Shown: positions 1 to 7,392 of the stretch, piece after piece
How the letters are laid out: the number at the start of each line of letters is the position of its first letter
How positions within the stretch are numbered: the stretch's first letter is position 1
IMG/VR virus record: IMGVR_UViG_3300048852_000046
Coordinates: 1-47,224 of that record
Reading direction: 5' to 3' (one strand)
Source of the DNA: a virus
Lineage: Duplodnaviria > Caudoviricetes
Length of the DNA: 47,224 nt
The notes under the pieces: generated by a model
What the model was told of the DNA's origin: nothing
What the model saw: the letters and a program-made list of their open reading frames with translations, nothing else
The model's database searches: none
Program-made: the position numbers and the translations under genes

Positions 1-155
1 GGCCGACACGTGCCGGACTGAACGAACCACCGCGCAGAACTCAACCGGAATTCAAGATGTTAAGGCGAATCCGCCCGTCAGAAAAGAGCGGCAAAGAGCG
101 GCGCCGTCAATAGCCGATCTTCGCCTTGCCGCCCGGCGGTCAGGCTGGCGGGCGT

Positions 156-1157
156 TCAGGCCTCGACGCCCTGGATGGCAGATACCTGCCAGTCGGCGCC
201 GGGCTTTCGCGCGAACGTCCATATCTCGACGGCGTCTGTCGCCTCATCGGCATTGCCGCTCACGACCCTGCCGGTGGCCCTGTCACGCATCACGTCGATG
301 CTCTCGTAGCGCATGGCGACCGTCGCATATTCGGTACCGTTCTCTCTCCATGCCTCCGCGAGGTCGCCCTGAACGAGGTGAACGTCGCGGACTTCGTTCT
401 TGAGACCCTTTGTTGCGTTGTCGCTTAGCTCTTCTGCGAGGTAGGACATGGCTTCGGGTGTGGTCAGCTGACGCAGCGCCGCATAATCCTCCGCTCCGTA
501 GGCAGCCTGCACATCCTTCAGCATCGCCTCGAAGCGATCGAGATCGTCCTGGCCCACGCTGATCTCATCTGTCTGCACCGATACCGGTGCGGCGGCGGAC
601 GCCCCTGTGGCAGCACCACCCATGGCTTCACCTATCCGCGGAATTCGGAAGGACGGCGCTGCGCCGGCTGCCGCCGAAGAGCGGGCCGAGGCAGCGGGCG
701 CCGAATAGGCCGGACGCTGGTTGCGGCCGAAGAAGCGCATTGCCAGGGAGATCAGCAGAACGACGAGGCCGACCTGCAGCAGCAGGCCGAGGAAGCCGAT
801 GCCGCCGCCGATGCCATGGCCGAGCAGCATGCCGATCAGACCGCCCATCATGAGACCGCCGAGCATGGATCCGCCGAAACCATTGAAAAAGCCCGGCCGT
901 GCATTGGTCCGGTTCTGGCTGGCCGGATTGGTCGCGGTCGAAGGCTGGGTGCTCTGCCGCGGTGTCATGGTTCTGTCGATCGGCGCGGCCGGTGCCGGTG
1001 CCGTCCGAGTGACCGGCGGGGCGGAAAAGGTCCGGCTGCCGCGCGAGCCGAAGCCACCGCCTGCCCGCCTCGCTTCAGCGACGTCGACCACCGTCATCAT
1101 CGCCGCAACACCGATTGCCGCAATGGCCAGAACACGTCCGAAACGCTGCATTTCCAC
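156..1157 (-). CDS. Tim44-like domain protein (host)
   Basis: Signal peptide, RRAGGGFGSRG motif, Gly-rich TM segment, C-terminal Tim44/NTF2-like domain (LRQLTTPE...EIWTFAR...WQVSAIQ). Confidence 0.85.
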   Translation of the reverse strand: MEMQRFGRVLAIAAIGVAAMMTVVDVAEARRAGGGFGSRGSRTFSAPPVTRTAPAPAAPIDRTMTPRQSTQPSTATNPASQNRTNARPGFFNGFGGSMLGGLMMGGLIGMLLGHGIGGGIGFLGLLLQVGLVVLLISLAMRFFGRNQRPAYSAPAASARSSAAAGAAPSFRIPRIGEAMGGAATGASAAAPVSVQTDEISVGQDDLDRFEAMLKDVQAAYGAEDYAALRQLTTPEAMSYLAEELSDNATKGLKNEVRDVHLVQGDLAEAWRENGTEYATVAMRYESIDVMRDRATGRVVSGNADEATDAVEIWTFARKPGADWQVSAIQGVEA

Positions 1158-1331
1158 CCTTCCCTGTCTCTCGACCGCAATCGGTCAATAAGAGGTCATA
1201 TAGAGCCAGAGGCGCAGGAATTTAAGAGTGCTGCCCCGTCTTTCCTCGTATTCGGTGTGCGCTAACGGTAAACTGTCCACCGATTGAGGCGTTTGGCGCC
1301 GTTCCTCCCGATGCCTCGGACGCGGCTACGG

Positions 1332-2366
1332 CTAGCGCACGGGTCCGATAAAGCCGAGTTCGAGCAACTGCCTGGAACTCGAGAACCGCGTCGAGCACGC
1401 ATCGGAAAAGTCGAACTCACCGGTCTCCTGAAGATCTTCAAACATCTTGCGGTAGACGGCCGCAGCATCGAAATACTGCCCGTCGGCGACTGCCTGTTCG
1501 ATCTTTTCCTTGTAGTCGGAGAAGAACTTGAAGTGCAGCAGCACACCGGCGACGGCGGTGAAATTCCTTTCGCAGGGCAACGGCTGATGAATGCTGACGC
1601 CGAGGCTGCATTCCCCGTCCCAGAAGATGACAGGATATTTGATGAGTTCGAGCAGATGGGCGAATTTGCGCTTCCGCGGGCCGCCCGTGATGCTGATCGC
1701 CCGCTTCGTATAGCTGATCTCGTATCCGGAGCCGTCGAAATGATCGGCGATTTCCCACGGCATGCGGCCATCATCGCTGTCGAGCGTGGCAGCCCCGAGC
1801 GGTCCGATCGGATACATGTCGAGCATGGGGGCTGCGAGGCGCTTTTCCCCTTTGTTCTCCAGCGCCCGCAGAAGAGCTTCGAGCGGCCGGTTCTCGCAAT
1901 CCTCGTAGATCAGGAACTCGTCGGAATCGACATTCAGATACCACCGGTTCCAGCCATAGCGCTCGAACAGAGCCTCTCGCCATTCACGCCCCCTGCGGGC
2001 ATCGCGATACCGCACCGGCGAGCTCCAAAGGTCCACATCCGCCTGCGCAAGCAGATAATTCCGCGTCCCGTCCGACGATACGTCATCGACGCAGATGAAG
2101 CGGGTAACGCCGAGCCTTCGGTAGTGCGCGAGAAACGAGGGCAGCAGCTTCCGGTCGTTATGCGTATTGAACACGAGCGGAATGTCTTCCTTGCCGAGCG
2201 CCCGCTGCCCGCCCGGCGTCAGGCACGACATCTCGATCGTCCGCTTCCGCTTGCGGACCCGCGCCGTCAGCTTGTAGGTTTCGTAACGGGTAAGAACGCG
2301 ATCGAATATCCCTCTGCGAACCCGCTCGCTCTCAGCTCGGCGAAAAGGATAGTGAAGTTCTTTCAA
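1332..2366 (-). CDS. Glycosyltransferase family 2-like (Glyco_tranf_2_4 type), host side of att
   Basis: FLAHYRRLGV, VDDVSSDGT, WYLNVDSDEF (DxD), LLHFKF motifs; start codon uncertain. Confidence 0.8.
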   Translation of the reverse strand: MKELHYPFRRAESERVRRGIFDRVLTRYETYKLTARVRKRKRTIEMSCLTPGGQRALGKEDIPLVFNTHNDRKLLPSFLAHYRRLGVTRFICVDDVSSDGTRNYLLAQADVDLWSSPVRYRDARRGREWREALFERYGWNRWYLNVDSDEFLIYEDCENRPLEALLRALENKGEKRLAAPMLDMYPIGPLGAATLDSDDGRMPWEIADHFDGSGYEISYTKRAISITGGPRKRKFAHLLELIKYPVIFWDGECSLGVSIHQPLPCERNFTAVAGVLLHFKFFSDYKEKIEQAVADGQYFDAAAVYRKMFEDLQETGEFDFSDACSTRFSSSRQLLELGFIGPVR

Positions 2367-2665
2367 GGTCTGCTCCCGATCGACCGCTGCGAGAGGAAGC
2401 GTTTATCGGCATCGGCGCGCGAATTCAACTCCGCCGCAACTGCGAAGCTTGCGCCGGTTGAGGGCAGAACCGTCGGCCTAGAATGCAAGCGGGTGCCGCG
2501 GTCGCAGGGTCCGGCTGCCAAGCTTGACGAAGTTCTTGATCTTTCCCGGAATGTGCTCCCGCCGGTCATGGCAGAGCGGCTATGCGCAATCCGCTCGTCA
2601 GCTGAGCCCGAGCCATCAGGGCGTAGGCCGAACCATTGCTGCATTCCCAGAGAATTTGAGGTTTT

Positions 2666-2711
2666 TGGTGGGTGATCACGGGCTCGAACCGTGGACCCGC
2701 TGATTAAGAGT
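2666..2711 (-). repeat. Prophage att core: 3' half of tRNA-Lys(CTT)
   Basis: Minus strand ACTCTTAATCAGCGGGTCCACGGTTCGAGCCCGTGATCACCCACCA has the anticodon loop (CTT), T-arm GGTTCGAGCC and CCA end; the 5' half is absent. Confidence 0.9.
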
Positions 2712-3009
2712 GATCTATTTTTCTCTGAACGCCCTACAAATCAAGTAAAGCGGTTTCCAATGCCGTGCGATAACTACACCTAAAAACGCGGAACGTTTCG
2801 TGAATTGGAAACCGCAAATTAGGTGTTCTTCGGCTGATCTGCAACAGGAGTTTCGAATACCGTCGCGTCACCTCGCGCGTCCTGATGCCCTCACGTGTGC
2901 CCCAGCTTCCCTATTTGGGAATTCTACCCCCTGACCCGGTCAAGACAGGATTTTACTGGACTTCAAGTTGTGTTTTTGCTTGAGAGCAATCGCACAACAG
3001 GAGACCGGA

Positions 3010-3282
3010 ATGACAGACTCGGAAATGCGCGCCACTGTCCAAGCCACCTTCATGATGATCCAGAAGTTGATAGTTGAAGTTGCCGCAGCGAAAGGCGATG
3101 AAGGTTCTGCTTGGATCGACGCCTTCCGTGATGACTTGACCTCAGAAATGAAGAAGGTCGAGGAACTGCAGAAGCGCCGTGCAGATACTGAGCGCACCGC
3201 AACATCACGGATGCTGATCGAGGGCGTAGCGTTGATGGCGAAGCGCGAGCTTGAGAAGCAACGTTCTTCTTCGATCAGCTAG
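3010..3282 (+). CDS. Hypothetical helical protein
   Basis: AGGAG RBS before ATG 3010; plausible protein composition. Confidence 0.6.
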   Translation: MTDSEMRATVQATFMMIQKLIVEVAAAKGDEGSAWIDAFRDDLTSEMKKVEELQKRRADTERTATSRMLIEGVALMAKRELEKQRSSSIS

Positions 3283-3292
3283 CCAGACTGGG

Positions 3293-3601
3293 CTAACGTG
3301 CTCCGCCGGTCTTGGTGCCGCTTTGCGAATTCCCCGCGCCGGGACCGCCCTGTGAAACGCCACCGCCATGGGAGCTGCCCGGGTTCGTTGGATCGGGGCC
3401 GTTGCCCCAACCGTTGTTGCCTTTAACTTTCCCGCCGCCGCCCCCGCCGCCAGACTTGGCGATTGCATTTGACGTCAGGCTGGTTGAAAGCAGCATCGTT
3501 ACGGTCGGAGGCGTCACAATCGCGAAACGACCGCAATTTTTCAGAAATTCCCGCCGATCATCGTCGCTCTTTGACGGTACTTCGTTTGGCATTTCGGGCA
3601 T
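3293..3601 (-). CDS. Small protein with twin-Arg-like leader and Gly/Asn-rich tail
   Basis: GGGGAGAGG RBS; DRREFLK...TPPTVTMLLSTS leader; KGNNGWGNG tail. Confidence 0.7.
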   Translation of the reverse strand: MPEMPNEVPSKSDDDRREFLKNCGRFAIVTPPTVTMLLSTSLTSNAIAKSGGGGGGGKVKGNNGWGNGPDPTNPGSSHGGGVSQGGPGAGNSQSGTKTGGAR

Positions 3602-3945
3602 GAACGCCTCTCCCCTACTTATCGATGAGACGCGTAAAGTTTGCCAGCACAGGAGACTGCTGGATATATATAGTTCTCTATAGGAGAGCGGAGAACCGCA
3701 GCGGCCAAATATCGTCGCATCCTCCCGCCATCCCCAAGCTCCCGGGTCCCCTTGAACGAAGCGTGCCGCAAAGAAGCTTCATGTCAACAACGTTGAGACT
3801 GCCAACTATTGCGGGATGCCGAGCTCAAGCGCAGACGCATTGCGCTAGAGCAGTACCCCTTTGGGCGGCACCTCTAATCCTTGACTGCAACCCGCGTTGT
3901 GAGACCCTAAATGCTCTTGGTTGTAATGCGTTAGGGAGGTCGAAG

Positions 3946-4128
3946 ATGACCTTTAACGATGACGTTGAGCTGGCGCTCGCTACCGCCTGCGAAGAGCTTG
4001 AGATGACGCGACAAGAGATTATCCGCCTGATCATGCGCGAATGGCTGGAGCAGTATGGTTTTCTGCCGTTCCGAGAGTTGGAAGAGGGCAGCGAGACGAG
4101 ACGGAATGCGTTGCCCCGCGGGCCGTAG
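3946..4128 (+). CDS. Ribbon-helix-helix (CopG-like) small protein
   Basis: GGAGG RBS; ...LATACEELEMTRQEIIRLIMREWL RHH-like pattern. Confidence 0.55.
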   Translation: MTFNDDVELALATACEELEMTRQEIIRLIMREWLEQYGFLPFRELEEGSETRRNALPRGP

Positions 4129-4138
4129 GCCATTTGTT

Positions 4139-5113
4139 TCACTTTATTAGATAGACCCCTGCATCATCCTCCCGCTCCCTGATCCCCTTGAAGGAAGCAT
4201 GCCGTAACTTCCCGTCATCGGTCCAGGCGCGATACTCGACCTCGGCGAGGAACACCGGCTCAACGAAGACGGCGCCTTTCCTTCTCAAGGTCACCGCCGG
4301 CGTTTTCGTCTCCATCCCCTCGAGCAACTTGCGGAGCTCGCGCGAAAGCTGGTTTGACCAGCTGGTACCGCAGCCGCCGACATAGACGAGCTCGTCGCCA
4401 CGTCGCGCCCCGAGCAACAGCCGGCCGAGATGACCAGGCACGGTCGACGGCTCGAAGCCGACGATCACGAAGCTATCGCGCCGCTTGCAGGTGATCTTCT
4501 GCCACCACTCGCCGCGGCCTGAGCGATAGGGCTTCTCGACGTGCTTGGCGATGATGCCTTCGAGGCCGTGCGCGCAGGCAACGCGAAAGAACTCGTCGCC
4601 GTCCGCCTGCACCTCTTCCGAAAGGCGAACCGCCCCTTCCCGGCCGGCGACGATCGGCTCGAGTAGCCGCCGGCGCTCGCGAAGCGGCAAGCGGCGCAGA
4701 TCGCGGCCGTCGAGGTAGAGGAGATCGAAGGCGTAGAAGACGATGGCGCCGACCTCGACCGCCGATGGCAAGCGCCCGAGCGCGCGCTGCAGCATGCCGA
4801 AATCGGAGCGGCCCTTGTCATCGAGCACGACAGCCTCCCCGTCCAGGATGGCCGTTTTCACGGCGAGCCGCCGCGCGTCGTCAACGATCGAGGGAAACCT
4901 GTCGGTCCAGTCATAGCCGCCGCGCGTCAGTATCCGCACCCGGCCGGGCTCGATGTGAACGGCGATGCGGTACCCGTCCCATTTCACTTCGTAGGCCCAG
5001 TCAGGCCCCTTCGGCGGCTTGTCGACCAGCGTGGCGAGGCAAGGATCAACACGCGCTGGCATAGGATCAGTAGGAGGGAGATCGCGGGGCTTCTTTGAGG
5101 ATGCTCTGGCCAT
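4139..5113 (-). CDS. ATP-dependent DNA ligase, LigD ligase-domain type
   Basis: EVKWDGYR active-site motif, LDGE, AFDLLYLDG, EGIIAK, YRSGR, C-terminal OB fold ending LRHASFKGIR. Confidence 0.92.
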   Translation of the reverse strand: MARASSKKPRDLPPTDPMPARVDPCLATLVDKPPKGPDWAYEVKWDGYRIAVHIEPGRVRILTRGGYDWTDRFPSIVDDARRLAVKTAILDGEAVVLDDKGRSDFGMLQRALGRLPSAVEVGAIVFYAFDLLYLDGRDLRRLPLRERRRLLEPIVAGREGAVRLSEEVQADGDEFFRVACAHGLEGIIAKHVEKPYRSGRGEWWQKITCKRRDSFVIVGFEPSTVPGHLGRLLLGARRGDELVYVGGCGTSWSNQLSRELRKLLEGMETKTPAVTLRRKGAVFVEPVFLAEVEYRAWTDDGKLRHASFKGIREREDDAGVYLIK

Positions 5114-5166
5114 GGACCATTAACGCACAGGCCCGCGAAAAGCCGAATTGACTCTTTCGACTGAGA

Positions 5167-5181
5167 GAACATATTAGGAAC
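5167..5181 (+). promoter_or_regulatory. Alphaproteobacterial LexA (SOS) box
   Basis: GAAC-atattag-GAAC (GAAC-N7-GAAC) overlapping a putative -10, with TTGACT at 5148-5153. Confidence 0.75.
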
Positions 5182-5252
5182 ATGCTCGATGGCGGTTCGA
5201 GCTCTCCCATGACGTGAGGCACAGTTGCAACCTCAAGCGAGGAGGATCAGCC

Positions 5253-5579
5253 ATGTCCGATCTCCCCAAGCCGAAATACAAATGGCGGCAGACATGGCCG
5301 GACCACCGGAAACATTTTACCGGCTTCGATGGCGAGCGGAAATTCGCACACATTCACTGGTACCATATGGGGTGGTGGAACTGGTTCATGTGCTGGAACT
5401 GGGCAAAGAATGCGAGCAGATGGAAACGCCCGAACGGTCAGGCCGACTCTGCAAGGGCGGCGGCTCTTGAAGCCGAGGAATGCTACGAAGCTGTCCTGAG
5501 GTGCGAATGGACTGGCATGCTGCCGGAGGACCTGCAATGCATGCTAGACGAAGAGGAATGGATGCGGACCAGATCGTAG
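5253..5579 (+). CDS. Trp-rich hypothetical protein, probably SOS-regulated
   Basis: GAGGAGG RBS; downstream of LexA box. Confidence 0.7.
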   Translation: MSDLPKPKYKWRQTWPDHRKHFTGFDGERKFAHIHWYHMGWWNWFMCWNWAKNASRWKRPNGQADSARAAALEAEECYEAVLRCEWTGMLPEDLQCMLDEEEWMRTRS

Positions 5580-5586
5580 ACCCTTG

Positions 5587-5612
5587 GGAACAAAGGCGGG
5601 CACCGAGGAATT
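5587..5612 (+). promoter_or_regulatory. RpoE2/EcfG-like promoter
   Basis: GGAAC-N19-TT immediately before a three-hairpin unit. Confidence 0.45.
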
Positions 5613-5617
5613 ATCAG

Positions 5618-5700
5618 ATGCCGAGCAATTCGGCATTCAGGTCCCCCAACCTGTTAGGAAGTGCCCGCGGCCGCACCTTGGCGCGGGCACTCTTTTGTTT
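5618..5700 (+). ncRNA. Candidate three-hairpin sRNA ending in an intrinsic terminator
   Basis: ATGCCGA/TCGGCAT; CAGGT-CCCCCA-ACCTG; AGTGCCCGCG/CGCGGGCACT followed by CTTTTGTTT. Confidence 0.55.
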
Positions 5701-5723
5701 GGTCGCCGTAACAGAGGCACATC

Positions 5724-5963
5724 ATGGCCGACGCGCTGAAAATGAAAAGGCTGATCTGGGATTGCCAGAAGGACATCGCCGCGTACCTGCCCGACGAAAG
5801 CGGCATCACTGAGCACCAGCTACTTCAGATGCTCATCGCCCGTCTCGACGGGAGCCAGGCGAAGGAGGCTCTCGGCGATGATTGGAAGGGGTGGTGGCCG
5901 GATGATGATGGCGGAGACGATAACGGGAGGCCCTCCCCAGAAAACTCTTTGGAGCTCACCTGA
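5724..5963 (+). CDS. Hypothetical protein
   Basis: AGAGG RBS; 79 aa ORF. Confidence 0.6.
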   Translation: MADALKMKRLIWDCQKDIAAYLPDESGITEHQLLQMLIARLDGSQAKEALGDDWKGWWPDDDGGDDNGRPSPENSLELT

Positions 5964-5969
5964 CTTCGC

Positions 5970-5994
5970 GGAACTTTTTCGCGAGCAGGTTGTT
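5970..5994 (+). promoter_or_regulatory. RpoE2/EcfG-like promoter
   Basis: GGAAC-N16-TGTT. Confidence 0.5.
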
Positions 5995-5999
5995 TTGAC

Positions 6000-6097
6000 G
6001 GGTAAGTCTTCCCTCTCAAACGTCGACTTAGCGGACAATCGCACAGGTCGGACAACTGCAGCGCTCCTATCGCATCTGCCGGAGCGCTGCTTTTCTT
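6000..6097 (+). ncRNA. Candidate sRNA with CU-rich loop and terminator
   Basis: TAAGTC/GACTTA stem with TTCCCTCTC in the loop; GCAGCGCTCC/GGAGCGCTGC followed by TTTTCTT. Confidence 0.5.
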
Positions 6098-6112
6098 GGC
6101 GCAAAGAACCAG

Positions 6113-6211
6113 TTAGATTAGCTGTTGAATCCCAAGAAAGCCGTAGACCGCGATCAGGAGCAGGGCGAGGACCACCAATAGAATGATTATCGTCGATCCT
6201 CTCTTGGTCAT
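6113..6211 (-). CDS. Small single-TM peptide (32 aa)
   Basis: MTKRGSTIIILLVVLALLLIAVYGFLGIQQLI; weak RBS. Confidence 0.45.
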   Translation of the reverse strand: MTKRGSTIIILLVVLALLLIAVYGFLGIQQLI

Positions 6212-6293
6212 TCCGGTGACATAAGAGCGTACAACTGGTTTGGAATAGGACTGAAGTCTTACGCCAACGAGTTGCTTACAAGGAACCGAGCCC

Positions 6294-6533
6294 ATGGCAG
6301 AGATTTATCTGTTCCCGAAGACCGCCGAAGAGCAGGAGGCCGAGCGCCAACTGACCGAGGCTATGCACGCCTTCAATGCTGCGGTGAAGCGAGCTGCGCA
6401 ATGTGGGTTCGACATTGAACTGAGGCCGGGAACATGGTCGTTCACCACGTACACGCGCACGCCGGTGCCTTACGTCGACTTGACGGCTCTTCTTCCGGGG
6501 AGGCACGCGCCGCCTGAATTTGTCGAGATCTGA
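6294..6533 (+). CDS. Hypothetical protein
   Basis: AAGGA RBS; 79 aa ORF. Confidence 0.6.
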   Translation: MAEIYLFPKTAEEQEAERQLTEAMHAFNAAVKRAAQCGFDIELRPGTWSFTTYTRTPVPYVDLTALLPGRHAPPEFVEI

Positions 6534-6543
6534 GGAGCGCCTA

Positions 6544-6936
6544 TCAGCGACGGAGCTGCGCGCCGTCGCGCTGGCTGGCCTCGATCCTCTGCAGGATCTC
6601 ACGCATCACACGTGTATCGATGGAAAGGCTGTTGAGCGTGTTCTCGACAGCCTTCATTGACGTTGCCGCTTCAGCCGCCTGTTTCTCCACCGCCGAGATC
6701 CGGAGCTCGTGATTGTCGATCTGCCGGAGAGACACCTCGGCTGCCGTCAGGCGCTTGTCGAGGCGGTCGATCGAATTGGCCTGCGAATCCTGATTGGCGT
6801 TCACCCTCTCCCATGTCGCGCCCCACGCAATGAGGCCGCCGGCAAAGCCGAACAGGATGACCAGGGTGTTGAGGTTATATTCAAACCTCCATTTCGGAGT
6901 TGCGACCATCTTTTCGGTTTCCTGTGTTTCAGCCAA
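6544..6936 (-). CDS. Lysis-cassette membrane protein (1 TM + coiled coil; holin/XhlA-like candidate)
   Basis: GAGGGG RBS before TTG 6936 (alternative ATG 6909); TM LVILFGFAGGLIAW then coiled coil; follows the spanins. Confidence 0.6.
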   Translation of the reverse strand: MAETQETEKMVATPKWRFEYNLNTLVILFGFAGGLIAWGATWERVNANQDSQANSIDRLDKRLTAAEVSLRQIDNHELRISAVEKQAAEAATSMKAVENTLNSLSIDTRVMREILQRIEASQRDGAQLRR

Positions 6937-6967
6937 TGCCCTGCCCCTCGTATGCAATGCTGGATGG

Positions 6968-7217
6968 TTACTGCTGAGCCGCGTCGTGACGGGCGCACTC
7001 GCTCTGTGTCCAGGCGCGCGCATAGCCCCGCGACTGTTTCGTCGATCTTGTCCTGATCGGCCGGTGTAGCGCCTCGAGCGCCAACCAGTGACGTGCCGAC
7101 AACAGCCCTAGCCGCCTGGTTGAGACGGTCTTTCGACGCACTGACCTGTTGCGTTGACGTACAGCCGGCCGCGCTCAATGCACAGACGGCGATTAAAGCG
7201 AGCCGCATCCGCTTCAT
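6968..7217 (-). pseudogene. o-spanin (Rz1-like) lipoprotein, apparently frameshifted
   Basis: MKRMRLALIAVCALSAAGC lipobox overlapping the i-spanin; a plausible end WTQSECARHDAAQQ* lies in another frame after a (GC)n run at ~7014-7021. Confidence 0.6.
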
Positions 7218-7392
7218 CTCGCAGTTCTCCAATTGCTTTGTTGGTTGCGGAATCCAGTTCGGCACGTTCGAGCTTCCGGCCCTCTTCGCGCGCCGCGGGA
7301 ATGATCCAGAGCGCGTTGACCGTCAGCATGCCCAAAAAGACGAGGACACCGCCGGCAACGGCGCCGGCGGCCAGAGAGAGGCGGCTGAACAT
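7108..7392 (-). CDS. i-spanin (Rz-like)
   Basis: N-terminal TM, helical periplasmic part with two Cys, TGATG coupling to the endolysin, overlapped by a lipoprotein gene. Confidence 0.75.
   Translation of the reverse strand: MFSRLSLAAGAVAGGVLVFLGMLTVNALWIIPAAREEGRKLERAELDSATNKAIGELRDEADAARFNRRLCIERGRLYVNATGQCVERPSQPGG

Noticed and set aside
84-102. AAAGAGCGGC tandem duplication
   Set aside because: Two copies only in a host intergenic region; no evidence of function
1284-2675. 463 aa plus-strand ORF
   Set aside because: Antisense shadow of the GT2 gene; no recognisable motifs
2666-2745. Intact tRNA-Lys gene
   Set aside because: Similarity stops at the anticodon arm; no D-arm or 5' acceptor strand, so it is only the att duplicate
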